The notes below the pieces were generated by a model, which was not told the origin of the DNA, did not search any database, and worked only from the letters and a program-made list of their open reading frames with translations. From a virus, in the IMG/VR virus record IMGVR_UViG_3300045988_105328, positions 1-41,884 of that record: DNA of 41,884 nt. One strand, given 5' to 3'. Position 1 is the first letter of the stretch. Each line of letters opens with the position of its first letter. This document shows positions 26,679 to 33,557 of the stretch, piece after piece. Made by a program: the position numbers and the translations under genes.

Positions 26679-27667
26679 CCATGATGATGACTGACGCGAA
26701 TGGCAGAGATGTTGGGACTCTTGACTATAGCATATCTCTTGATATGGACCTTGGCGATACCAACGATTTTGAGTTTGAAGTTGATCAGTCTATTTGGGAC
26801 TCAGAATTAATGGGGTATGGCTGCCGGCTATATATACCAGAAACAGAGTACGGAGGGATTATCGGGGATATAGAGGTAGTCACTAAAACCGCAACGGCCA
26901 CATTGACGGGAGATACCTGGCGGGGAATGCTTACCAAGAAGATCATCGAGCCGCCCTCCGGGCAAGACCATAAGACAGTATCTGGAGAGCTTAATACTAT
27001 TTTAAGAAGTCTGATTGAGCCTGAATTTTCTGGACTATTTGTCGTTCCGCAGGAGGATACTGGCGTTGAGGTGTCCAATTTCCAGTTTGATCGCTTTTGC
27101 ACCTTGTTGGACGGTCTGGAAGACATGCTGACTAGTGTCGGGTATCGCCTGGACATACGCTATAAAAGCGGAGACGCCGGAGAGTCTGGATGGGTGGAAA
27201 TCCAGGCCGTAGAGGCTGAGAATTATTCAGAAACCATAGAATACAACCGGGACAATAGAATCAATTACGATGCCAGGGACTACCGGCGTGGAATTAACCA
27301 TCTAATCTGCGCAGGAAACGGAGAGGGCACGGATCGGACGGTATTACACTTATATGTGCAGTCAGACGGCAGTGTAGGATCTACGAAATATTATACCGGT
27401 CTGGAAGAACGTGTAGCTTTATACTCTTATACGTCACAGTCGGATGTGGAGCAGCTCAGGAAGGATGGGACAAAACGTCTCCAAGAACTGATGAACTACA
27501 AGCAATTTGAAATGTCTGTAGAGGATGTGGATTTGGAAATTGGGGATACGGTTTCTGGAAGGGATTTCACAACTGGGATCCTGGTGCAAAAACCGATTGT
27601 ACAAAAAATCCTAAAAATTGAAAAAGGGAAAATCCAGGTTGAGTACAAACTGAAGGGAGATGATTAG
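26672..27667 (+). CDS. Tal-position baseplate/tail protein (Gp37-like)
   Basis: About 330 aa after Dit. The start is ambiguous (GTG 26672 or ATG 26681). Confidence 0.55.
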   Translation: MVTMMMTDANGRDVGTLDYSISLDMDLGDTNDFEFEVDQSIWDSELMGYGCRLYIPETEYGGIIGDIEVVTKTATATLTGDTWRGMLTKKIIEPPSGQDHKTVSGELNTILRSLIEPEFSGLFVVPQEDTGVEVSNFQFDRFCTLLDGLEDMLTSVGYRLDIRYKSGDAGESGWVEIQAVEAENYSETIEYNRDNRINYDARDYRRGINHLICAGNGEGTDRTVLHLYVQSDGSVGSTKYYTGLEERVALYSYTSQSDVEQLRKDGTKRLQELMNYKQFEMSVEDVDLEIGDTVSGRDFTTGILVQKPIVQKILKIEKGKIQVEYKLKGDD

Positions 27668-28459
27668 ATGGAACTGGTAACAGGATTTAAGGGAGAACCG
27701 CACATATCCGCAGAAAATTGGGCCGACCTGAATAGGGGGATTGTAGGAGAGGGATCTTATGTCCTTCCCGGCGGTGAAAAGTTCCGGGCCGAGTTGGTGA
27801 CAAACAATTTGCTAAAGATATATGATGGCTGCGGAATAATGCAGGGACGACAGATAGTAATTCCAGCGGGCCAGTCGGATGAAATTACGATTGACAACGG
27901 GACCCAAGGCGAAAAGAGAATTGATCTTGTGGGGGTGCGTTATACAAAAGATGACTCCTCCAAAATAGAATCTACAGCTCCTTTTTATCTAAAGGGGACG
28001 CCAGCAGAAAGCGATCCAGTAGCCCCAGCATACACAGAAGGAGATATCCGGGCTGGAGATTTGACCGCAGACTGGCCGCTCTATGAGCTTGAATTAGATG
28101 GGCTTAATGTTGTATCGGTTACCCCGCTGTTCGAGACTTTATTGACCGGTGCGGATGTGAAGGCGGAGCTTGAAGCACTAAATGACAATAAAGTAAGTGG
28201 ATGGGGCGACCTAGAAGAAGTATCTAATCCATACACACCGGGAGAAGATGGTTCCATTCGCATATATTACAGGCCGAGCGGGAATACAAACGCAACTGTA
28301 TATGCTACACAAGATGGAAACGGCTGTTTTTACGGTACATCTGCTGGCGGTTCGAGTTTAATGCAATATTTCCCGGCAAAATCCGGACACACATACCAGG
28401 GGCAAGCTTCGCAACCAGGTACTATTCAACTCGCTTTCATGCCGCTCCAGAAGGAATAA
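27668..28459 (+). CDS. Tail fibre / receptor-binding protein (currently expressed C-terminus)
   Basis: 263 aa after the baseplate genes. Its last 90 codons lie inside the putative invertible segment. Confidence 0.65.
   Translation: MELVTGFKGEPHISAENWADLNRGIVGEGSYVLPGGEKFRAELVTNNLLKIYDGCGIMQGRQIVIPAGQSDEITIDNGTQGEKRIDLVGVRYTKDDSSKIESTAPFYLKGTPAESDPVAPAYTEGDIRAGDLTADWPLYELELDGLNVVSVTPLFETLLTGADVKAELEALNDNKVSGWGDLEEVSNPYTPGEDGSIRIYYRPSGNTNATVYATQDGNGCFYGTSAGGSSLMQYFPAKSGHTYQGQASQPGTIQLAFMPLQKE
28174..28188. repeat. Left inverted repeat AGCACTAAATGACAA
   Basis: Perfect reverse complement of 28762..28776. It lies in the fibre reading frame and encodes ALND. Confidence 0.9.
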
Positions 28460-28460
28460 T

Positions 28461-28793
28461 CTACTCAGCCGCCCAATACGAGAACGGAATTGCAAAATAA
28501 GTGGCTGACGTTGTCCCAGCACTGGAAAGAATCATCTGTCCTTGTGTATTGATTTGGACGATTCCAAAGGTGGAGTCTCTTAAAGCGATTGTTCTTGGCG
28601 GGGCTGGCAGACCACTTGCAATCGTCCGGCCTTGTACTGGAGTCCCGATAACATAAGGATATACCTTTACTTCTCGACCGATTCTTTGGGCCCATGTGTT
28701 GTTTGTTGCAAAACCAGAAGTATTAAGAGTTAGAGGTATATCTTCTGGATCGGCTTCCAATTTGTCATTTAGTGCTAAAAACCTACAGAAAAT
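28461..28793 (-). other. Silent alternative fibre C-terminal cassette (open frame, no RBS, no ATG)
   Basis: The minus frame is open from 28793 (IFCRFLALNDKLEADPEDIPLTLNTSGF...) to TAG at 28461-28463. The only start candidate is TTG 28760, with no Shine-Dalgarno sequence upstream. The sequence is beta-rich, like a fibre tip. Confidence 0.6.
28762..28776. repeat. Right inverted repeat TTGTCATTTAGTGCT
   Basis: Reverse complement of 28174..28188. On the minus strand it also reads A-L-N-D in frame with the silent cassette. Confidence 0.9.
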
Positions 28794-28820
28794 TTAAAAA
28801 ACGAAAGGAGAGTGATCTAT

Positions 28821-29555
28821 ATGAAAATTATTTTTAATGACGCCACAGAGCTGCAAGTCCAGCAGGTGCAGCAGCATGGTGATTATCTTAGGATCCTTAC
28901 AGTCTCCGCCACGCCGGAACAGCTCAGAGGAATTTTTGAAGACCCGGTAAAAACCAAAAGCATGACTGTAGAGGAACGTGGCCAGCGCGGAGAACCCCTG
29001 GAGGGGTACACAACCTTTTATCGGACGGAAGAATACACCGGGCAGATTTATGGCGTGGTAATGTACAAGCCTGATCGGACCCCGGAGGTACAGACGGAAA
29101 AGGCCCAGGCGGCGGTGCTGGTTGCCCAGATCCAGGCCCAGGAGCTGACGGATGAGCAAGCGATCACCGTCAAGGCAATCTATCCAGAGTACGATCCAAA
29201 TGGCGTACTATACCCATCATATTACAAGGTCCAGCACAATGGAGATCTGTATAAATGTCTCCAAGAGCACACATCCCAGCCAGGCTGGGAACCCGGTGCT
29301 GCTCCAAGCCTTTGGGTATTGGTAGAGACAGGTGAGCAGGCCGGAACGATAGAAGACCCAATCCCCGTCCCGGACACGGTGACAACGGCGGGAATGGAGT
29401 ATGAATATGGGAAATATTATCTAGAAGGAGAAACTATCTATCTATGCCGGAGACAGGGCGTAGAAGATCCAGAGTCTATGTACGGGCAGAAAGTAACCCT
29501 AACCTTCCCGCCGTCCGTGATGGTTGGACAGTATTTCGAAATTGCGGAGGAATAG
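28821..29555 (+). CDS. Tail-associated protein with a CBM5/12-like carbohydrate-binding motif
   Basis: ATG 28821 after aaaggagag. YKVQHNGDLYKCLQEHTSQPGWEPGAAPSLW fits the aromatic CBM5/12 pattern (Y..C.Q.H....W.P......LW). Confidence 0.6.
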   Translation: MKIIFNDATELQVQQVQQHGDYLRILTVSATPEQLRGIFEDPVKTKSMTVEERGQRGEPLEGYTTFYRTEEYTGQIYGVVMYKPDRTPEVQTEKAQAAVLVAQIQAQELTDEQAITVKAIYPEYDPNGVLYPSYYKVQHNGDLYKCLQEHTSQPGWEPGAAPSLWVLVETGEQAGTIEDPIPVPDTVTTAGMEYEYGKYYLEGETIYLCRRQGVEDPESMYGQKVTLTFPPSVMVGQYFEIAEE

Positions 29556-29558
29556 ATA

Positions 29559-29870
29559 ATGTACATAGACGCACAGACAATCATTACGGCAGCGGCTTTG
29601 ATCGGAGCTTTGGGCGTGATTGGGGGAATGTTAATCACGGCGTATAAATTTGCAAAGAAGCCGGCTGAATTGGAAGAAAAATTAAAGAAAATCAGGGAAA
29701 CTCACGAAGAGGATATCAGGAAAATAAACGAAGAGCAATGCCTGATCACCTATGGGCTGCTTGCTTGCCTGAAAGGTCTTCGGGAACAGGGGTGTAATGG
29801 CCCGGTAACAGACGGGATTAACCGGATTGAGAAACACTTAAACAAACAAGCTCACGATATGGAGGAATGA
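29559..29870 (+). CDS. Lysis-cassette membrane protein (N-terminal TM plus coiled coil)
   Basis: Hydrophobic segment IITAAALIGALGVIGGMLITAY followed by charged helical sequence. It lies directly upstream of the holin gene. Confidence 0.5.
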   Translation: MYIDAQTIITAAALIGALGVIGGMLITAYKFAKKPAELEEKLKKIRETHEEDIRKINEEQCLITYGLLACLKGLREQGCNGPVTDGINRIEKHLNKQAHDMEE

Positions 29871-30199
29871 TTATGAATGTAGAAATGTTAATGCAGTATG
29901 TAACTTATGCACTGATCGCCATCGGTGTTTTGGCGTTTTTTGTATCGTTGATCACGCAGGTAATTAAAGAAATGCCAGGATTGAAGAACATCCAGACGAA
30001 TGCGGTCGCCCTAGCGGTATCTGTAATTCTTTGCCCGCTGGCGGTGATTATTGCCTGCCAATATTTTAATATTGTAATCACATGGTATTATGTGTTTGCC
30101 GCTTTTATTGCAGCATTTATTGTATATCTCGTTAGCACAGGCGGTTGGGAAAAAGTGGCGGAAATGTGGCAGAGGACAAAATATAATAAATCCAAATAA
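29867..30199 (+). CDS. Holin
   Basis: 110 aa with three hydrophobic segments and a basic C-terminus (RTKYNKSK). It lies upstream of the endolysin gene. Confidence 0.75.
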   Translation: MIMNVEMLMQYVTYALIAIGVLAFFVSLITQVIKEMPGLKNIQTNAVALAVSVILCPLAVIIACQYFNIVITWYYVFAAFIAAFIVYLVSTGGWEKVAEMWQRTKYNKSK

Positions 30200-30206
30200 T
30201 ATTTAC

Positions 30207-30235
30207 AGGGGGCGGGAGACTGCCCCTTTTTGTTT
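30207..30235 (+). terminator. Hairpin plus T-run between holin and endolysin
   Basis: aggggc ... gcccct stem with an 8-nt loop, followed by tttttgtttt. Confidence 0.45.
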
Positions 30236-30268
30236 TGCGCCGGCGTAAGCCGGAGAAAGGAGAATATC

Positions 30269-31318
30269 GTGGCGGTATTGATAGGACATGCAAGCATTAG
30301 CGAAAAAGGGACTATTAACGGGACAAAGGGAGACAGCACCGGGAAAGAGGTGTATACCAGAAACTGGTACAGCAAGCCTTGGGACTACATGGCCATCCAT
30401 CCAGACCCGGACGTACGGGAGCGGCACGCGCGGGCAGTAGAAGCGGCGTGCGCCAACAACTATATCGGATACGGGCAGAGCGACCGGAATACACTCAACA
30501 CACGAGCCAAGGCTGTAGGGTACGATCTGTCCAAGATTAAGACCAAGTGCAACTGCGACTGCTCCAGCCTCCAGAACGTGGCGGCGGTGGCGTCCGGAGC
30601 GCAGGGAATGACATACGGCAGCAATGGATGGACCACATCCTCCATGCGGGCAGCATTGGAAAAAGCCGGTTATAAGATCATCACGGCCAGCGCATACCTG
30701 AAGAGCTCTGCCTATTGCGTACGCGGGGCGATCTATGTCAAGCCAGGATCGCACACGGTCTGCGGACTGAGTAACGGATCCAAGGCCAGCCAGACCCTGA
30801 AAAAGGCTGGGGCCTCCGGAAGCACCACATCCGGTGCGGACGAGGCTCGGATCCTGAAGCGGGGGATGACCGGGGAGGATGTCCGAGATATGCAGCAGGA
30901 TCTGATCGCGGCGGGGTATAGCTGCGGACCGGATGGGGCAGACGGAGATTTCGGCGCCAATACCGAGGCGGCGCTTAAAAGCTTCCAGGCAGATCACGGA
31001 CTGGAGGTAGACGGCGAGTACGGGCCGCTCAGTAAGGCCAAGTTGGAGGGGGCCGGCGGGAGCACAGGAGGAAAGGCGGAGGCGGCTAAAAGTTTTGACA
31101 AGTCTCTGGCCGGGACATACACAGTAAATACTAAGACAGATCCGCTTGTCTTGCGTGCTGGAGCAGGAACAAGCAAAAAAAGACTGACCAGTATGCCCAA
31201 GGGGGCAAAAGTGCAGTGCTATGGGTATTATACGGACGCCGCTGATGGCCGGTGGCTGTATGTGGTCTATGACGGCGTGACAGGATTCACGCACTCAAAG
31301 TACCTTAAAAAGCAGTAA
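30269..31318 (+). CDS. Endolysin: N-terminal Cys/His (NlpC/P60-like) domain, PG_binding_1 domain and SH3b domain
   Basis: GTG 30269 after aaaggag. GDFGANTEAALKSFQADHGLEVDGEYGP fits PG_binding_1. The C-terminal sequence AKVQCYGYYTDAADGRWLYVVYDGVTGFTHSKYL is SH3b-like. The catalytic fold call (CDCSS ... GSHTV) is inference. Confidence 0.8.
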   Translation: MAVLIGHASISEKGTINGTKGDSTGKEVYTRNWYSKPWDYMAIHPDPDVRERHARAVEAACANNYIGYGQSDRNTLNTRAKAVGYDLSKIKTKCNCDCSSLQNVAAVASGAQGMTYGSNGWTTSSMRAALEKAGYKIITASAYLKSSAYCVRGAIYVKPGSHTVCGLSNGSKASQTLKKAGASGSTTSGADEARILKRGMTGEDVRDMQQDLIAAGYSCGPDGADGDFGANTEAALKSFQADHGLEVDGEYGPLSKAKLEGAGGSTGGKAEAAKSFDKSLAGTYTVNTKTDPLVLRAGAGTSKKRLTSMPKGAKVQCYGYYTDAADGRWLYVVYDGVTGFTHSKYLKKQ

Positions 31319-31322
31319 AAAT

Positions 31323-31352
31323 CACCCCGGAGTTACGGCTCCGGGGTGTTTT
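31323..31352. terminator. Bidirectional terminator between the convergent endolysin and recombinase genes
   Basis: Perfect 10-bp stem caccccggag / ctccggggtg, flanked by A-run and T-run. Confidence 0.8.
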
Positions 31353-32196
31353 AGGCCTCTGGAAGGATGTATATTTTTCCTTTTCGATTACGGCCCATAA
31401 TTTTCCCTTGCCTCTTAATGAGTCTCTGAACCCTGTTGAATTGTTGGATAGTTATGATCCGGGGGTGAATTCCCTTATACAGTTCTCCGTGGAATAGGTT
31501 CCAGCCCGCATAGATAGGGCGGGTCAGTATCTTTTCGATGTGCCAGGCAGTCAGATATCCACCGCGTTTTCCACGTATGTCGAGCTGGTCGCAGATGTGC
31601 TCAAGTTCGATAAGGCTTTTCCTCGCTTCATAAGAATCGTATAGATAGCGGACTACTTTGGCTTCTGCGGCATTGATCTTGAGTGAATCCTTACTGTCCA
31701 GATCATAGCCAAGAATATAGCTGCAGGTCCGTTTTCCCTGTTTGGCGCGCTCTGCCATAGCGAGAATGACATTTTCGGCTATGACCTCACGCTCAAACTG
31801 CGCGACTGTCCCAAGCATGGATCGGATCATCCTTCCGGCCGGTGTCGTGCTGTCGAAAGCCTCAGAATAGCTGATCAGGGATACCCCTTTCTTATCGAGC
31901 AGATCACACGTGGCTGTAAGATCGGCAAGGTTGCGGGAAAATCGAGTGAGCTTCCAGACCAAGATTCCGTCAAACTTTCCAGCCATTGCGTCATTGATCA
32001 GAGATATCATTCCGGGCCGGTGGCAGATATCCTTGGCGCTTATGCCTTCATCCCGATAGATGTCATAGATCATATAATTTTTTGCCTTGCAGTAATCTGT
32101 GAGCAGCCGTTCTTGCGCGGCGAGAGAGTGCCCATCCATGGCCTGTTCGATTGTGCTCACTCGTATGTAGAGGGCTAATATTTTCAGATACTTCAT
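31351..32196 (-). CDS. Short serine recombinase (resolvase catalytic domain plus recombinase domain; no zinc-ribbon or coiled-coil)
   Basis: LALYIRVSTIEQ (catalytic Ser) and ILVWKLTRFSRN. 281 aa counted from ATG 32196 (aggtg lies 6 nt upstream). The protein ends after the large-serine-recombinase 'recombinase' domain. Confidence 0.85.
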   Translation of the reverse strand: MKYLKILALYIRVSTIEQAMDGHSLAAQERLLTDYCKAKNYMIYDIYRDEGISAKDICHRPGMISLINDAMAGKFDGILVWKLTRFSRNLADLTATCDLLDKKGVSLISYSEAFDSTTPAGRMIRSMLGTVAQFEREVIAENVILAMAERAKQGKRTCSYILGYDLDSKDSLKINAAEAKVVRYLYDSYEARKSLIELEHICDQLDIRGKRGGYLTAWHIEKILTRPIYAGWNLFHGELYKGIHPRIITIQQFNRVQRLIKRQGKIMGRNRKGKIYILPEA

Positions 32197-32282
32197 GGGC
32201 GTCACCTACTTTCTTCTGTCCTCTGCATTTTCCGGGCTTGGAACCGGCTTCGGCTGCATTACAGCGCCGGATCGTGTCCGGC

Positions 32283-32429
32283 TTAATCGTCATAACATTC
32301 AATGTTTACGATTTTCCTGTTTCCTTTTCTTTTTCTGAATATTTCAATCGCCTTTTCTTTGTTCTCGGCCTTTATGTATAGCTCTGTTATAACAACATTG
32401 AACCAATACACAAACCTATATGTCTTCAT
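32283..32429 (-). CDS. Small basic ORF (48 aa) upstream of the short recombinase
   Basis: ATG 32429 after gggagaaaggaaaag (MKTYRFVYWFNVVITELYIKAENKEKAIEIFRKRKGNRKIVNIECYDD). It is below the ORF-track size cutoff. Confidence 0.45.
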   Translation of the reverse strand: MKTYRFVYWFNVVITELYIKAENKEKAIEIFRKRKGNRKIVNIECYDD

Positions 32430-32474
32430 ATCTTTTCCTTTCTCCCGGCTTTACCCGGCCGGGGCGGGATGAAT

Positions 32475-32639
32475 CTAACAGAGTGTAGATAACTCAAACA
32501 CTTCTTTTACGGTTACCGTTTTAGGTGCGGCGAGCCTGAGAGCATTCTGGGCAAACACCTTTTTACTTTTAATCTGTCCTAAGTGCGGATATGCTTCAAC
32601 GTATTTTCTTCTGATTTCCTGGTATCTGTTTTCTTTCAT
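32475..32639 (-). CDS. Small ORF (54 aa), first gene of the leftward recombinase operon
   Basis: ATG 32639 lies 8 nt after ggagg (MKENRYQEIRRKYVEAYPHLGQ...). Confidence 0.5.
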   Translation of the reverse strand: MKENRYQEIRRKYVEAYPHLGQIKSKKVFAQNALRLAAPKTVTVKEVFELSTLC

Positions 32640-32769
32640 TTCGTTTTCCTCCGTTCCTTTGATGATTATATGATACACCTAAAATAATGTATTTTCAATT
32701 AGCAAATACACCGAAAATAAAGCAACAAAATATAGGGCTAATTGTGCATTATTTATAATGTAAATAATC

Positions 32770-32798
32770 TTGAAAATGATTTATTAATAATGTATAAT
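32770..32798 (+). promoter_or_regulatory. Near-consensus sigma-70 promoter for the 72-aa HTH gene
   Basis: TTGAAA (32770-32775), a 17-nt spacer, then TATAAT (32793-32798). Confidence 0.65.
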
Positions 32799-32825
32799 AG
32801 TAAATAATAGAATGGAGGTATTGGA

Positions 32826-33044
32826 ATGTTTGTCTATAAATTTGACGTGCTGGAAGCACTTAAAGAAAGTGGATATAATACGACAAAGTTGCGTAAAGAT
32901 AAGTTGTTGGGAGAAAATGCGATCCAATCTTTACGCCGTGGAGAAATGGTCGGGATTATTGCGCTTGAAAAGATTTGCAGATTATTAGATATGCAACCCG
33001 GAAACATTATAAAATATGTAGAAAACGATGATGAAAAACATTAA
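32826..33044 (+). CDS. Small Cro/C1-type HTH regulator
   Basis: 72 aa. TTKLRKDKLLGENAIQSLRRGEMVGIIALEKICRLLDMQPGNI fits short XRE/HTH_26-like regulators. RBS ggagg. Confidence 0.7.
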   Translation: MFVYKFDVLEALKESGYNTTKLRKDKLLGENAIQSLRRGEMVGIIALEKICRLLDMQPGNIIKYVENDDEKH

Positions 33045-33062
33045 AAATAATGTAAAAATCTA

Positions 33063-33091
33063 TTGACAATACACTGAAAATAATGTAATAT
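33063..33091 (+). promoter_or_regulatory. Sigma-70-like promoter with an operator repeat in its spacer
   Basis: TTGACA (33063-33068), a 17-nt spacer, then TAATAT (33086-33091). The spacer contains ACACTGAAAATAATG. Confidence 0.55.
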
Positions 33092-33146
33092 ATAATTGTC
33101 CAAAGGGAACAGAGGACAATAACCCGGAAGGGAGAAAGGAGAAAAA

Positions 33147-33290
33147 ATGGAAGCTATGAACATGAGCGAGACGGCGAGACTGATAATCGGGCTCCGGGCG
33201 GCCGGATGGGACGAAAAATCAATTAACGATTTTATTCTCTACATCGAGACCGGAGAAGATCAGTACAAGCCAAAAGAAAAGGCTGACTAA
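33147..33290 (+). CDS. Small ORF (47 aa)
   Basis: ATG 33147 after ggagaaaggag (MEAMNMSETARLIIGLRAAGWDEKSINDFILYIETGEDQYKPKEKAD). It is followed by a hairpin at 33314-33334. Confidence 0.5.
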   Translation: MEAMNMSETARLIIGLRAAGWDEKSINDFILYIETGEDQYKPKEKAD

Positions 33291-33313
33291 ACAGCCAGCC
33301 AAAACACACAAAA

Positions 33314-33334
33314 GGGGCGGACGATAACCGCCCC
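33314..33334. terminator. GC-rich hairpin (ggggcgg / ccgcccc)
   Basis: Perfect 7-bp stem with a 7-nt loop. The T-rich tract lies on the minus-strand side (cttttgtgtgtttt), so it may terminate int transcripts as well as the small + ORF. Confidence 0.5.
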
Positions 33335-33557
33335 GCATAAAAATAATACCATAAAAGCGATAATAAATCAAACAGGGGTTGAATCCTCTGTTTTTTGGAT
33401 TAAATTAAATCTATATCCTCTGGGTCTGCCAAAAGTCCTTGTAATTGTCATTTAATATAGAAGAAACTACTTTATCCGTTCTGACAAAAAGGTCAACCTT
33501 TCTGCTATAACGTATAAAGTGCCTAAAAGCCCCATAAATAGAGGGGTTCAGGCACTT

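Larger units (their letters stand above)
28174..28776. other. Putative invertible DNA segment carrying two alternative tail-fibre C-termini tail to tail
   Basis: 15-bp perfect inverted repeats at both ends. The + cassette (28189-28459) and the - cassette (28461-28761) are separated by 1 nt, and both join ...AELE-ALND in frame. Confidence 0.6.
32675..33087. repeat. Operator-like direct repeats ACAC(C/T)(T/G)AAAATAATGTA with core AATAATGTA
   Basis: 17-mers at 32675-32691 and 33071-33087 (15/17 identical). Core copies at 32786-32794 and 33046-33054. Degenerate copies at 32707-32723 and 32754-32762. Confidence 0.65.

Noticed and set aside
33300-33557. Search for a tRNA gene or tRNA-like attachment site in the non-coding DNA next to int (also 16251-16462, 21743-21837 and 39151-39260)
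   Set aside because: I could not fold any cloverleaf, meaning an acceptor stem plus a T-arm GTTC-like box, from these intervals. They contain only simple hairpins. A tRNAscan run would be the decisive check.
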